Positions 35,835 to 45,732 of a stretch of 45,732 nt of DNA are shown piece by piece; within the stretch, counting starts at the first letter, position 1, and each line of letters begins with the position of its first letter. The DNA is from Vescimonas sp. (GTDB lineage: Bacteria; Bacillota; Clostridia; Oscillospirales; Oscillospiraceae). A program made the position numbers and the translations under genes. Where the stretch lies: contig JAZLIB010000173.1 of assembly GCA_045617185.1 (NCBI GenBank), forward strand, positions 1-45,732, written 5' to 3'. Under the pieces are notes generated by a model. The model did no database searches. It was not told where the DNA came from and worked only from the letters and a program-made list of their open reading frames with translations.

Positions 35835-36114
35835 TTCGACAATATCCTTTTTCATCATATACGATTATCCCGTCATTTGCAAGAGAGCTGTGAACAGTTT
35901 CCCTTTGATAAAGAAATCCAACTTCTTCGCAGCGCAAGACAAGGAGAACTTTCCTGCCGCAGAATCTATTTCCGTATTCACGCCGGAGGAAATTCAAAGA
36001 CTCAAAGAGGAATGCTTCTGCACATGGCGTAACAGCGCTCGTATCTATCAGCAAGTCAGCGCTTCCATTTTTGTACATCTTTTTGCAAGTTTTGCCGATA
36101 AACTTGCCTTCACG

Positions 36115-36155
36115 AACAACAAAAAGGCTTGCCTACGGCAAGCCTTTTTGTTGTT
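36115..36155. terminator. Intrinsic terminator of the P-type ATPase gene
   Basis: AACAACAAAAAGGCTTGCC-tac-GGCAAGCCTTTTTGTTGTT. Confidence 0.88.
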
Positions 36156-38800
36156 TATTTCCGTTTGGCAGCGACACGCTGACAAGCCTTGACAATCTCC
36201 ACAATCGGAATTACCAGCACAGCTAACCCCAAGGCAATGGCATACTCCATAAAACTCACAGGGGTAAACCCGAAAGCATTTGCTATAAACGGCACTTCCA
36301 GTACCACCGTCGCCAATGCCAAAGATCCGATCATTGCGATCCAAAGCACTTTATTGTGACTAGGGAGAGAAAATACACTCTTGCGCTGAGAGCGCATATT
36401 GAAACTATGGAAAATCTCGCACATATTCATGGTCAAAAATGCCATGGTCATGCCGTCTGGAGAGATGCCCTTGGGCATCTCAAAATATCCGATTTCCATG
36501 CAATGTCCGATAATGTAGGAGGTCAGAGTGATAATAGTGATCAGCAATCCCTGATAGGCAATATCCCAGCCCAGGCCGCCGGCAAAAATGCCATCCTTAC
36601 TGTCACGGGGAGGCCTCCGCATGATGTCCGGTTCCTCTTTCTCAAGTCCCAATGCCAAAGCAGGGAAACAGTCGGTAATGAGGTTAATAAACAGCAGGTG
36701 CACGGGATTGAGCAAAGTGAAACCAAGAAGTGTGGCAAAGAATACACCCAGCACCTCGCTCATATTGGAAGCCAGCAGGAACTGAATGGCCTTGCGGATA
36801 TTGTCGTAAATACGGCGTCCCTCACCCACGGCATTGACGATGGTAGCGAAGTTGTCGTCGGCCAGCACCATATCTGCCACATTTTTGGTCACATCCGTGC
36901 CGGTGATACCCATACCCACGCCAATGTCGGCGGACTTGATGGACGGCGCATCATTGACGCCATCACCAGTCATGGCAGTAATTGCCCCCTTGCGGCGCCA
37001 TGCGTTGACAATACGCACCTTATGCTCCGGCTGTACACGAGCATACACGCCGAAATTTTCCACAGCCTCATCCAGTTCCTCGTCACTCAAATTATCCAAA
37101 GCACTGCCGGTAACAGCCTGAGAGGCATCTTCGATGATTCCCAATTCCTTGGCGATGGCAACAGCGGTATCCTTGTGGTCGCCGGTGATCATCACCGGAC
37201 GGACTCCGGCATTGCGGCATTCCACGATGGCCGACTTGACCTCGGGACGCACCGGATCGATCATGCCGGTCAGTCCGATGAAGCACAGATCCTGTTCCAG
37301 CACCTCTGGCTCAATATCATCGGGCAGGCGATCCCCCCATAGCCGCTGCGCCGCCGCCAGCACACGCAACGCCTTATCGGCCATGCTCTTATTGGCGGAC
37401 AGAATCTCGCCCCGTTTTTCCTCGCTCATAGGAAGGATCTCGCCCTGTTCCTCATAATGAGTACAGCGCTTGAGCACCTCATCGGGCGCACCCTTGGTAT
37501 ACTGGATAAAACCGTTATCCATCTGATGAATGGTAGACATCATCTTGCGCGATGAGTCAAACGGCGCCTCTGCTACACGGGGTTGCAGTTCCTCCAATCG
37601 ATGTTTAGGCAAACCACTGGCGGCGCCGAAATTCACCAAAGCGGCCTCTGTAGGCTCGCCTTCGGCAATGCCCTCATCGTTCAAATCAGCATCATTGCAC
37701 AGTGTCATAGCGGTGGCGAGCAGACTCGTATCACCTATATGTTCCACCACAGTCATTTTATTCTGCGTCAGCGTGCCGGTCTTATCCGAGCAGATGACCT
37801 GCGTGCAACCCAAAGTCTCCACAGCGGTCAAGCGACGAATTACGGCATTATGATGGCTCATCTTGGTCACACCAATCGACAGCACCACCGTCACCACCGT
37901 GGCAAGGCCTTCGGGAATGGCTGCAACCGCCAAGGATACTGCCACCATAAAGGTCTCAAGAATACTCTCCAAAGAGAAATCGCGGGCAACGAGCAAATCA
38001 AACGCAAAAATAAACACACAGATACCCAGCACCAGCTTACTCAGCGTGGTACCTAACTCGGTCAACCGTTTTTGCAGCGGTGTTTCCTCCTCGGCAGTGC
38101 TGGCCAGTACACCGGCGATCTTGCCCATTTCGGTATCCATGCCGGTGCGTGTCACCACAGCGCGGCCTCGGCCATAAACAACCGTAGAGCCCATGTAGCA
38201 CATATTCTTACGGTCACCCAGCGGCACTTCCTTATCCTCTCCCATGCCCAACACTTCCATAGCCTTGTTCACGGGAACGCTTTCACCGGTCAGCGCAGCC
38301 TCCTCAATCTTCATAGATGCGCTCTCCAGAATGCGTCCATCGGCAGTCACGGCATCGCCGGCCTCCAGAATCACGATATCGCCGGGCACCAGTTCGTCAC
38401 TATGCAGCGACACCTGTTTGCCGTCACGCATAACCTTGCAGGTAGCCGCTGTCATAGTCTGCAATGCCTCAATGGCGGCCTCAGCCTTACTCTCCTGCAC
38501 TACGCCCAGAATTGCGTTCAACAGTACCACCAGCAAAATGATAAATACCTCGGTAAAACTCTCATGAGAGAGGAAGTTCGTAACTGCGGATACAGCGGCG
38601 GCTGCCAGCAAAATCAGCAGCATGGGGTCCTTCAGTTGTGCCAAAAAACGCTGTAAAACGTTGGGTTTCTCCGCCTCCTTCAGTTTGTTGGCGCCGTACT
38701 TTTGGCATCGTTTTTCCGCCTCGGCGGTACTCAGTCCCATAGGTGATGTTTCCCACTCATTCATGATATCTTGGGCGGAGCGGTTATACTCTCTGTCCAT
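36155..38800 (-). CDS. P-type (P2A-like) Ca2+/Mn2+-transporting ATPase
   Basis: Start refined to ATG 38800 (RBS GAAGGAG); motifs TGES, IPEGL, DKTGTLT, KGAP, MITGD, GDGVND and INLITD. Confidence 0.95.
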   Translation of the reverse strand: MDREYNRSAQDIMNEWETSPMGLSTAEAEKRCQKYGANKLKEAEKPNVLQRFLAQLKDPMLLILLAAAAVSAVTNFLSHESFTEVFIILLVVLLNAILGVVQESKAEAAIEALQTMTAATCKVMRDGKQVSLHSDELVPGDIVILEAGDAVTADGRILESASMKIEEAALTGESVPVNKAMEVLGMGEDKEVPLGDRKNMCYMGSTVVYGRGRAVVTRTGMDTEMGKIAGVLASTAEEETPLQKRLTELGTTLSKLVLGICVFIFAFDLLVARDFSLESILETFMVAVSLAVAAIPEGLATVVTVVLSIGVTKMSHHNAVIRRLTAVETLGCTQVICSDKTGTLTQNKMTVVEHIGDTSLLATAMTLCNDADLNDEGIAEGEPTEAALVNFGAASGLPKHRLEELQPRVAEAPFDSSRKMMSTIHQMDNGFIQYTKGAPDEVLKRCTHYEEQGEILPMSEEKRGEILSANKSMADKALRVLAAAQRLWGDRLPDDIEPEVLEQDLCFIGLTGMIDPVRPEVKSAIVECRNAGVRPVMITGDHKDTAVAIAKELGIIEDASQAVTGSALDNLSDEELDEAVENFGVYARVQPEHKVRIVNAWRRKGAITAMTGDGVNDAPSIKSADIGVGMGITGTDVTKNVADMVLADDNFATIVNAVGEGRRIYDNIRKAIQFLLASNMSEVLGVFFATLLGFTLLNPVHLLFINLITDCFPALALGLEKEEPDIMRRPPRDSKDGIFAGGLGWDIAYQGLLITIITLTSYIIGHCMEIGYFEMPKGISPDGMTMAFLTMNMCEIFHSFNMRSQRKSVFSLPSHNKVLWIAMIGSLALATVVLEVPFIANAFGFTPVSFMEYAIALGLAVLVIPIVEIVKACQRVAAKRK

Positions 38801-38840
38801 CGCGTATTCTCCTTCTATTATTATTTTTTGTAGACAAAAC

Positions 38841-38882
38841 AAAAAACTCATACATAGACCCTAAGCGGATCTATGTATGAGT
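38841..38882 (-). terminator. Riboswitch expression-platform terminator
   Basis: ACTCATACATAGATCC-gctta-GGGTCTATGTATGAGT-TTTTT; the 5' arm overlaps the 3' strand of the aptamer. Confidence 0.85.
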
Positions 38883-38977
38883 CTCATTCTTTCAAAGCAT
38901 CCCGGGCGTAAACGCCGTTCTGACGAGTATGCTTCGCCCCGATACTATATCGGTGCGGAATTACTCCCTCAATACAA
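38873..38977 (-). ncRNA. yybP-ykoY (Mn2+-sensing) riboswitch
   Basis: Minus strand TGTATTGAGGGAGTA ... CGTCAGAACGG ... CCCGG ... GAGACTCATACA; upstream of a P-type ATPase, an established context for this class. Confidence 0.85.
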
Positions 38978-38986
38978 GGTATTTAT

Positions 38987-39015
38987 TTTATATCCTATGT
39001 CAGGGCATTTGTCAA
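38987..39015 (-). promoter_or_regulatory. SigA promoter for the riboswitch-ATPase transcript
   Basis: TTGACA-17 nt-TATAAA, about 10 nt before the aptamer. Confidence 0.8.
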
Positions 39016-39282
39016 GTATATTCTCGCTGTACCACGGCTGCAGCAACTTGGTGGTCTGTCCCTTGAATCAGTCATATCCTACACCGTCAACGGAAAACAC
39101 ATCTTGTTTATTAAACTCACGAACCAGTTTGGTGCATGAGTATGTAATGGAGGTACAGCACGAAAGAAAATACATATACTGTGTAGCATACTCTTACAAC
39201 AAACTTACCACTTTATTCAAGTGAAATTATATCGTGCAAATTTTGAGATGCGTAAAACAAAGAACACTCTATGGCCGGTAAT

Positions 39283-40542
39283 TTATCCAACGACTTTTTT
39301 ACCTTCGGACCAAACGGCAGCAATGGATGTTTTGTCCATCTGATATACGGCACGTTCAAAGCGTTCGGAAAGCGAGAGCGGTCGAGTCATTTCAGTAAAA
39401 ATAGAGTCATCCACTACGATTGCGTGCAACTTATTGCCCTTTACAAAACCGTCATGGTCGCCAAAGTAGCGGTGCCCGGAAGATGTGCCGAGATAGTACC
39501 CTTCGTTGACGGAAAGGAATTTTTCTTTTCCGTCCGTCATCATATGGCGGAACTTGCTGGCACGAATAGACATGGTAATCACCTTATTCATCGCCAGCAG
39601 TGCTCCACCGGCAATGTCACTACCTATCGTGACCCAGTTCCCCTCGTCAAGCATCGTACGCACTGGTGCAACGCCGGAGCAGATGTTGATATTCGACCCC
39701 GCACAATGCGCGGTGACCACACCGTGTTCACGCATTGCCTCACGTTCGCGTGCATCGGAATGGACGCAATGCGCCATAATCGTGTGATCTTTCCACAGTC
39801 CATATTTGTCGTAGCTCTCCCAATACTGCGCGCAGTCGGGGTGCAGCTCGCGTACCCACGCGATCTCTCTTGTATTTTCGGAAAGATGGGACTGAACATA
39901 TAGCCCCCGTTCATTGGCAAGTTTGCCGAGCCACGCCATCAGCTCATCAGTGCATGACGGAGTGAAACGCGGTGTAAGGATCGGCTTAATTGTTTTGAAA
40001 TCCGAACAGGCGTCGAGCCAACGCAGGGTTTCCCGTTTGCTGTCCTCCGTCGTTTCCTGTAAATATTCACCGCTGTTCCGATCCATGTTGACCTTACCAA
40101 CATAGCCGGTCACACCCGCCTCCTCCAAGCACTTCATGAGGACAAGCGTTGCGTCCGTGTGCAATGATGAGAACATAACCACGCGCGTGGTTCCTCCGGT
40201 TATGAGGTCCTCTGCCAGCTTGCGATAGATGCGTTGGGCATAGTCAAGGTCGGCAAATCTTGCCTCAGTCTTGAATGTATAGGTGTTGAGCCAATCAATC
40301 AGCGGCAAATCCATGCCCATGCCCAACATGGGATACTGAGGCGCATGGAGGTGCATATCCGCAAATGACTGCATAATCAGTTTATCGCCATAGTCGATCA
40401 CTTCTCCCGCAAACCCCTGAGGTACAGCAGGAGTGATTTCACATATGGTGCCGTTATCCTTCAACACAAGACATCCGTTTTCCACGGTTTCGATCTTCCC
40501 GCATAGCGGTGCGTGCACAATGTTGCCCTTGAGAATTTTCAT
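39283..40542 (-). CDS. guaD: Guanine deaminase (amidohydrolase family)
   Basis: Start refined to ATG 40542 (RBS AAAGGAG); motifs DMHLHAPQY, WLNTYTF..E, TPRFTPSC, QSHLSEN, MAHCVH and GSDIAGG; preceded by a guanine riboswitch. Confidence 0.9.
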   Translation of the reverse strand: MKILKGNIVHAPLCGKIETVENGCLVLKDNGTICEITPAVPQGFAGEVIDYGDKLIMQSFADMHLHAPQYPMLGMGMDLPLIDWLNTYTFKTEARFADLDYAQRIYRKLAEDLITGGTTRVVMFSSLHTDATLVLMKCLEEAGVTGYVGKVNMDRNSGEYLQETTEDSKRETLRWLDACSDFKTIKPILTPRFTPSCTDELMAWLGKLANERGLYVQSHLSENTREIAWVRELHPDCAQYWESYDKYGLWKDHTIMAHCVHSDAREREAMREHGVVTAHCAGSNINICSGVAPVRTMLDEGNWVTIGSDIAGGALLAMNKVITMSIRASKFRHMMTDGKEKFLSVNEGYYLGTSSGHRYFGDHDGFVKGNKLHAIVVDDSIFTEMTRPLSLSERFERAVYQMDKTSIAAVWSEGKKVVG

Positions 40543-40569
40543 ACAGATACTCCTTTTCCCGAAATGAGC

Positions 40570-40611
40570 AAAAGAAAAGTGTCTGCCTTGAGTCTTCCTC
40601 AAAGCAGACAC
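40570..40611 (-). terminator. Expression-platform terminator of the purine riboswitch
   Basis: GTGTCTGCTTTGAG-gaaga-CTCAAGGCAGACAC-TTTTCTTTT. Confidence 0.85.
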
Positions 40612-40676
40612 TCATAGTAGAACTTTTTCGGCGGTTCCGTAGAAACTTTCGCACCATACATACGAAATTATATGAG
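40611..40676 (-). ncRNA. Purine (guanine-specific) riboswitch
   Basis: CTCATATAAT-TTCGTA-TGTATGG-TGCGAA-AGTTTCTAC-GGAAC..GTTCT-ACTATGAG; the discriminator base is C, indicating guanine. Confidence 0.92.
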
Positions 40677-40824
40677 CAATTCACTTTTCCGTGCCTTTTC
40701 GACATTCCGTTAGTCAATATAGCACAAATAGTTGTCGTTTGCAAGTCTTTTCTATTGGCTATTCTTGTCAAATTTTGAGATACTGTAAACAAAGAATAGG
40801 CTGGTTCGCCACAGGGCAGGATGC

Positions 40825-40874
40825 AAGAAAAGGGCGCGTTGCAAAATGAGTAATTTGCAACGCGTCCTTTTCTT
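40825..40874 (-). terminator. Intrinsic terminator of the ABC transporter operon
   Basis: AAGAAAAGGGCGCGTTGCAAA..TTTGCAACGCGTCCTTTTCTT. Confidence 0.85.
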
Positions 40875-40940
40875 AATTGTTCTTTTTTCTCTACCTTCTT
40901 TTGCTTGATAGGTACAGGCAGAAATACTAATTTGGCATTT

Positions 40941-41972
40941 TTAGCGCTGGCCCTTATCGTAGGGAATACCCTCTGCCTTGGGTGCTCGGGATTTCTTCGA
41001 GGTAAATGCCAACACCACCAGAGTGATGATATAAGGCAGCATGCGGTACAGGTGGGAGCTGATGCCAATCTCAGCCAACCAATACACGCCATCGCCGTTA
41101 ATGTCGATGGAGGAATAGGCGGCAGCTATACATTTGAATAGGCCGAACAACAAGGAGGCTCCCGCAATGTTCAAGGGTTTCCAGTTACCGAAAATCATAA
41201 CTGCCAAAGCGAGGAAACCGAAGCCTGCTACATCGCCATTGGCGGTGCAGTTGGCGGTAGTCAGGGAGTAGACAAAGCCACCCATGCCAGCCAGAAAGCC
41301 AGAGATCGTTGTGCCAATATAGCGCATCTTAGTGACACTGATACCCAGAGAGTCAGCCGCTTGGGGATTCTCGCCGCAGGCACGCAGGCGCAGGCCAAAC
41401 TTCGTCTTATACAGGATAACAGACAGCACCACAAACAAAATGATGCAGATATAGGTGGCAATGTAGGTCTTGTTCAAAAAGGTTTCGCCGAAGAAACCCA
41501 AATCCGTGTTTTTATCAATGCCAAGCGTGGACTTCTTGATCATAAACCAGCTGGCGGAGTCACCTGTGACCATCTGCAGCGTGTTCTGATTGGCAACAAT
41601 ACGGACAAGGAACAGCACCAGTGCCGGTGCCATCATGTTCAGTGCCGTACCGCCGATAGTCTGATCGGCACGCAGATTGATGGAGGCGAACGACAGAAGC
41701 AGCGAGAAGATGGCACCCATAATGCCCGCTACCAGCATGACCAGCAGCTCAAGGCCCTGCAAGGCTACCCAATCGCCAGCCGCCTTCGCCGCCAGTATGC
41801 CGGCATTACCCTGCATGAGGCGGACGAACATGACACCGATAAATGCGCCGAAAATCATGATACCCTCGAGGGCAAGGTTGATGATACCGCTGCGCTCAGC
41901 AAATACGCCTGCCAGTGCCACGATCATCAACGGAATCGCATAAATCAAGGTCTGCTGAATCAGAAATGTCAT
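40941..41972 (-). CDS. Nucleoside ABC transporter permease (NupQ/RnsD-like)
   Basis: ERSGIINLALEG, FGLRLRACGENPQAADSLGI, GFLALAVMIFGNWKP and MLPY...APKAEGIPY. Confidence 0.92.
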   Translation of the reverse strand: MTFLIQQTLIYAIPLMIVALAGVFAERSGIINLALEGIMIFGAFIGVMFVRLMQGNAGILAAKAAGDWVALQGLELLVMLVAGIMGAIFSLLLSFASINLRADQTIGGTALNMMAPALVLFLVRIVANQNTLQMVTGDSASWFMIKKSTLGIDKNTDLGFFGETFLNKTYIATYICIILFVVLSVILYKTKFGLRLRACGENPQAADSLGISVTKMRYIGTTISGFLAGMGGFVYSLTTANCTANGDVAGFGFLALAVMIFGNWKPLNIAGASLLFGLFKCIAAAYSSIDINGDGVYWLAEIGISSHLYRMLPYIITLVVLAFTSKKSRAPKAEGIPYDKGQR

Positions 41973-43225
41973 TTTTCCTCGCCTCCTTCCTCCGCCGTGG
42001 CTACCACATCCGGTAATATGTCATCGGTTTTTCGTTTTTCCTCTGCGATCGTCGCAGCTTCCTTATGCTTTTTTCGACCGGTCAGCCACATACGGATCAC
42101 CAGCGAGAAAGCGGACAGATACACGATCACCGCAATAATTACATCGGTGATGTACTCATTATAGGCGGTGAGGTTCGTCAGTTGCAGGCCGACAATGTCC
42201 AGCATCGCCATGAAGATGGCAGCAAACACGACACCGATGGGATTATTCAGCGCCAGCAACGCCACGGGGATGCCGTTGAAGCCTGTTGCCGGCAAAGACT
42301 GGTAGGTAGACCAGAAAAACTCCGTATTTCCGGCGAGGTAATAGAGGGAGGCACCTGCCGCAGACAGCGCGCCGGCAATTGCCATGGACAGCACGATGTT
42401 GCGTTTATCCCGAATGCCGGCATAACGTGCGCCGTGACGGTTGGCACCGCAGGCCTTCAGCTCATAGCCCAGCGTGGTCTTATTCATCAGAATATACATG
42501 GCTACAGCAAGCAGTATGGCAATCAATATGCCGCCGTTGACCTGCGAGCCGGGGAAGATCTTATCCAAGCCGAGCTTAGGCGTTGCCACACCATTGTAGG
42601 TGGTTTTATAGATATAGCCGGACTTGGTGTTTTCCACTACATTCTTGAAATTGCTAATATCAAACATCCATGTGACCAGATTGGCGGCAATCCAGTTGGT
42701 CATAATGCAGGCCAGAACCTCATTGATATTCAAAAATGCCTTGACCAAGCCGGGAATTGCGCCCCATATGGCGCCTGCCAGCATACCGCCTAAAAATGCA
42801 AGAATCCAAATAATGCCCGTGGGCACCGTAGCACTGGGAATACCCAGCGCGATCATCAGCGTTGTCATGGTACCCATGAGGTACTGACCCGGTGCACCGA
42901 TATTGAAAAGGCCCGTTTTGAAAGCAACCGCCACAGATAAGCCCGTCATGATAAGCGGCGTGGCGCGGAACAGCATATTGCCCCAGTTGGCGGCATTGAA
43001 GCCCCATGTCAGCACGCCTGCGCTGCTGCGTCCGGTCGTCAGTATACCGGCAAAGATAATGCGGACGCCGTCCCATGCACCCGAAAGAGAAATCTTCGGT
43101 GTGAACAGGCCGACAAGGAATACCACAATTGTGCCGAATACCAGGCCGATCAGTATAGAGACCAGCGAGGCAAGAACCTTCTTTGTGCCGTCCTTACCGT
43201 AAAGCGTTGATAGCTTATCTCTCAC
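41969..43225 (-). CDS. Nucleoside ABC transporter permease (NupP/RnsC-like)
   Basis: TPLIMTGLSVAVAFKTGLFNIGAPGQY, GYELKACGAN..ARYAGI and GFNGIPVALL. Confidence 0.92.
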   Translation of the reverse strand: MRDKLSTLYGKDGTKKVLASLVSILIGLVFGTIVVFLVGLFTPKISLSGAWDGVRIIFAGILTTGRSSAGVLTWGFNAANWGNMLFRATPLIMTGLSVAVAFKTGLFNIGAPGQYLMGTMTTLMIALGIPSATVPTGIIWILAFLGGMLAGAIWGAIPGLVKAFLNINEVLACIMTNWIAANLVTWMFDISNFKNVVENTKSGYIYKTTYNGVATPKLGLDKIFPGSQVNGGILIAILLAVAMYILMNKTTLGYELKACGANRHGARYAGIRDKRNIVLSMAIAGALSAAGASLYYLAGNTEFFWSTYQSLPATGFNGIPVALLALNNPIGVVFAAIFMAMLDIVGLQLTNLTAYNEYITDVIIAVIVYLSAFSLVIRMWLTGRKKHKEAATIAEEKRKTDDILPDVVATAEEGGEEK

Positions 43226-44790
43226 GCCGTCTCGCCTCCCCTCTTCTCGCGCTTGGCGCCTGCCATATACAGGCCCAACTCCTGAACGGAAATCTTCTTG
43301 GGATCAAATTCGCCCACGATCTCACCCTCATAAATGACCAGTATACGGTCACTCAGGCTCATGACCTCATCCAATTCCAGTGATACCAACAGCACCGCTT
43401 TACCTCGGTCACGCTCTGCCACCAGCTGGCTGTGGATATATTCGATAGCGCCTACATCCAGACCGCGGGTAGGCTGGACCGCCACGATCAGCGATTTATC
43501 CCTATCGATCTCTCTGGCAATGATGGCCTTCTGCTGATTGCCGCCGGACATACTGCGTGCCACGGTGACAGGGCCCTGACCGCTACGCACATCGTACTGC
43601 TCAATCAAATGCTCGGCATAATCACGGACGGCATCAAAGCGGATAAAGCCGCCCTTCTGGAATTCCGGTTCCTGATAGCGCTGCAAAACCATATTCTGCT
43701 CCAGCGTGAAATCAAGAATCAGGCCGTGCTTGTGACGGTCCTCGGGAATGTGGCTCATATTCTCGCCGCGGCGTTTGATGGGCAAATGGGTAATATCTTT
43801 ACCACACAGTGTGACAGTTCCGCCGCTGATCTTATCAAGGCCGGTCAGTCCGTGGATCAGCTCTGTCTGGCCGTTACCGTCAATACCGGCGATACAGACG
43901 ATCTCGCCGGCGCGCACATCGAAGCTGACATGCTCAACGGCGTTCTTTTTATGCAGATGGGACGGTACACACATATCCCGTACGCTTAGCACGGTATCTG
44001 TGGGAGTTGCCACATCCTTGACGACCTCCAGTTGCACGGGACGGCCCACCATCATGTTGGACAGTTCCTGCTTATTGGTATCGCAGGTATTGACGGTACC
44101 CACATATCTACCCTTGCGCAGTACCGTAACACGGTCAGCCACCGTCATGATCTCATTGAGCTTATGAGAGATGAAGAGAATCGACTTACCCTCTTTGCTG
44201 AGGTTTTTCATGATCGACATCAGCTCATCAATTTCCTGCGGAGTCAGTACGGCGGTGGGCTCATCGAAAATCAAAATTTCATTATCGCGGTAGAGCATTT
44301 TCAATATCTCCACACGCTGCTGCATACCCACTGTAATGTCCTCGACCTTGGCATCAACATCTACCTTCAGGCCGTAGCGCTCGGACAGCTCCTGCACCTT
44401 TTTCCGCGCTTCCTTTTTCTGCAGAAAGCCCATCTTTGTGGTCTCCGCGCCCAGGACAATATTATCCAGCACGGTAAATACATCCACCAATTTGAAATGC
44501 TGATGCACCATGCCGATACCCAGTGCCGTGGCATCATTAGGATCGTTGATGGTAACAACCTGACCGTTTTTGCGGATTTCACCGCTTTCAGGCTGATAAA
44601 GGCCAAATAGGACAGACATTAAGGTGGATTTTCCGGCTCCATTTTCGCCCAACAGCGCATGGATCTCGCCCTTACGCAGCTGCAGCGTGATATCATCATT
44701 GGCCTTAATGCCAGGGAATTCCTTCGTAATATGATTCATTTCAATCACATACGGGGATATATTCTCCATTCCGTCACCTGCTTTCTTCAT
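43222..44790 (-). CDS. Nucleoside ABC transporter ATP-binding protein, dual NBD (NupO/RnsA-like); start may be ATG 44769
   Basis: GENGAGKST, MVHQHF, DEPTAVLT, PEDRHKHG, SGGNQQK and QPTRGLDVGA. Confidence 0.95.
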   Translation of the reverse strand: MKKAGDGMENISPYVIEMNHITKEFPGIKANDDITLQLRKGEIHALLGENGAGKSTLMSVLFGLYQPESGEIRKNGQVVTINDPNDATALGIGMVHQHFKLVDVFTVLDNIVLGAETTKMGFLQKKEARKKVQELSERYGLKVDVDAKVEDITVGMQQRVEILKMLYRDNEILIFDEPTAVLTPQEIDELMSIMKNLSKEGKSILFISHKLNEIMTVADRVTVLRKGRYVGTVNTCDTNKQELSNMMVGRPVQLEVVKDVATPTDTVLSVRDMCVPSHLHKKNAVEHVSFDVRAGEIVCIAGIDGNGQTELIHGLTGLDKISGGTVTLCGKDITHLPIKRRGENMSHIPEDRHKHGLILDFTLEQNMVLQRYQEPEFQKGGFIRFDAVRDYAEHLIEQYDVRSGQGPVTVARSMSGGNQQKAIIAREIDRDKSLIVAVQPTRGLDVGAIEYIHSQLVAERDRGKAVLLVSLELDEVMSLSDRILVIYEGEIVGEFDPKKISVQELGLYMAGAKREKRGGETA

Positions 44791-44880
44791 TTTTTATCGT
44801 TATTTCAATAATATCGCAGTCGTTGATCTGTAAATTGAAAGAATGGCATTTGTTTTCGGCTGTTCTCGACTTAGCTACAT

Positions 44881-44916
44881 AAGAATAAAAGAGGGCATGC
44901 GCCCTCCTTTATTCTT
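44881..44916 (-). terminator. Stem-loop or terminator after the BMP lipoprotein gene
   Basis: AAGAATAAAAGAGGGC-atgc-GCCCTCCTTTATTCTT. Confidence 0.7.
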
Positions 44917-44928
44917 TTATTATGCAGA

Positions 44929-45732
44929 TCAGATGATGTTCAAAGTGACGTGGTCGGTAGATGCCAGCTTGCTGAAGTCGGCATCGATAGCAATGGAACC
45001 ATCCACGATCTTGGCGAACATGGCGTTGTAATCATCAACACTCCAGTTCTGCAGGGACCAAGTTGCGGTGGGCAGACCCACAGCATTCTCGGCAGCACCC
45101 AAGTTGGCGCAGTTTGCACCGCCGAACTTCTCAACGAAGGTACCGTCATAGACAGCGGTCAAAGCCATCTGTGCAGCCTCACCAATGCCCTTGAGAGCAG
45201 AGGTGATAACAGTTTCAGAAGAGAAGGACTGGTCAACGTCAACGCCGATCACGGCTGCGTCGTTAGCGGAAGCAGCAGCAGTGATGGAATCGAAGATAGA
45301 ACCGCCGCAGGAGAAAATGACTTCTGTGCCGTTCTGATACCAGCCGGCAGCCAGAGCCTGCAGCTCAGCAGAGGGCTGGAAGTTGGCGCCGTACTGCCAG
45401 GTGTAATTCATTTCGACCTTTACATCCTTTTCAGCAGCGGCTGCCTCAGCACCCTGAACATAACCGTAACCGTAACGGCAGCAAGCATCATTGGTGCCGC
45501 CGCCACCGCCGCAGAAGCCCAGCTTGGTGTAGCCTTCCATAACAGCTGCATAGCCGGCCAGATAGCCGCACTGCTCTTCATGGAAAACGATACCGGCAAC
45601 ATTGTCCATACCCAAGGACCAACCGTCAATGAACACGAACATAACATCGGTGAATTCAGCGGCAGCCTTTGCCAGAGCATTGCCCTGCATGAAGCCGGCG
45701 CAGACGACCACCTTGGCGCCGTTCTCAACAGC
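44929..45732 (-). CDS. BMP-family nucleoside-binding lipoprotein (NupN/RnsB-like), 3' part; 5' end beyond window
   Basis: F.EEQCGYLAGYAA, WYQNGTEVIFSCGG, IGVDVDQ and ITSALK; the frame stays open to the window end. Confidence 0.92.
   Translation of the reverse strand, partial: AVENGAKVVVCAGFMQGNALAKAAAEFTDVMFVFIDGWSLGMDNVAGIVFHEEQCGYLAGYAAVMEGYTKLGFCGGGGGTNDACCRYGYGYVQGAEAAAAEKDVKVEMNYTWQYGANFQPSAELQALAAGWYQNGTEVIFSCGGSIFDSITAAASANDAAVIGVDVDQSFSSETVITSALKGIGEAAQMALTAVYDGTFVEKFGGANCANLGAAENAVGLPTATWSLQNWSVDDYNAMFAKIVDGSIAIDADFSKLASTDHVTLNII

Noticed and set aside
4060-36114. Calling the region an integrative conjugative element
   Set aside because: No integrase, relaxase, tRNA target or flanking direct repeats were seen by eye. 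A decayed or trans-mobilised element cannot be fully excluded.
38877-39224. 115-aa plus-strand ORF
   Set aside because: Overlaps the yybP-ykoY riboswitch and its promoter on the opposite strand; no RBS or motifs.
41450-41490. GAAACCTTT match inside the permease gene (also one inside the sigma gene near 29790)
   Set aside because: No matching -10 element at the conserved spacing, and both are intragenic.

Overview
Chromosomal window from a Bacillota genome (Clostridia-like, inferred from gene content and promoter/RBS style). Left flank (1-4.1 kb): a DeoR regulator divergent from an NhaC-family transporter - mtnK - mtnA-like operon. Right flank (36.1-45.7 kb): a P-type cation ATPase under a yybP-ykoY riboswitch, a guanine deaminase under a guanine riboswitch, and a BMP-type nucleoside ABC transporter. 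Between them (about 4.6-35.9 kb) is a minus-strand Gram-positive/Mollicutes-ICE-type type IV secretion system (T4SS) locus: VirB2-like pilin, VirD4, VirB6-like membrane protein, VirB3/PrgI-VirB4 fusion and large extracellular proteins, one built from PLAT/LH2-like repeats. I see no relaxase, integrase or peptidoglycan hydrolase. The locus instead has (i) five hydrophilic, signal-peptide-less proteins with similar K/Q/P-rich C-terminal tails and partly shared motifs (candidate substrates), and (ii) an apparent regulatory cascade: an orphan response regulator with Glu at the phospho-acceptor site, 11-bp-phased heptamer repeats, an ECF sigma factor, and a promoter motif found four times. The gene after the sigma factor looks like an anti-sigma and carries the same tail, suggesting an FlgM-like export checkpoint. 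The working hypothesis, which is inference and has not been checked by any search, is a domesticated protein-exporting T4SS.
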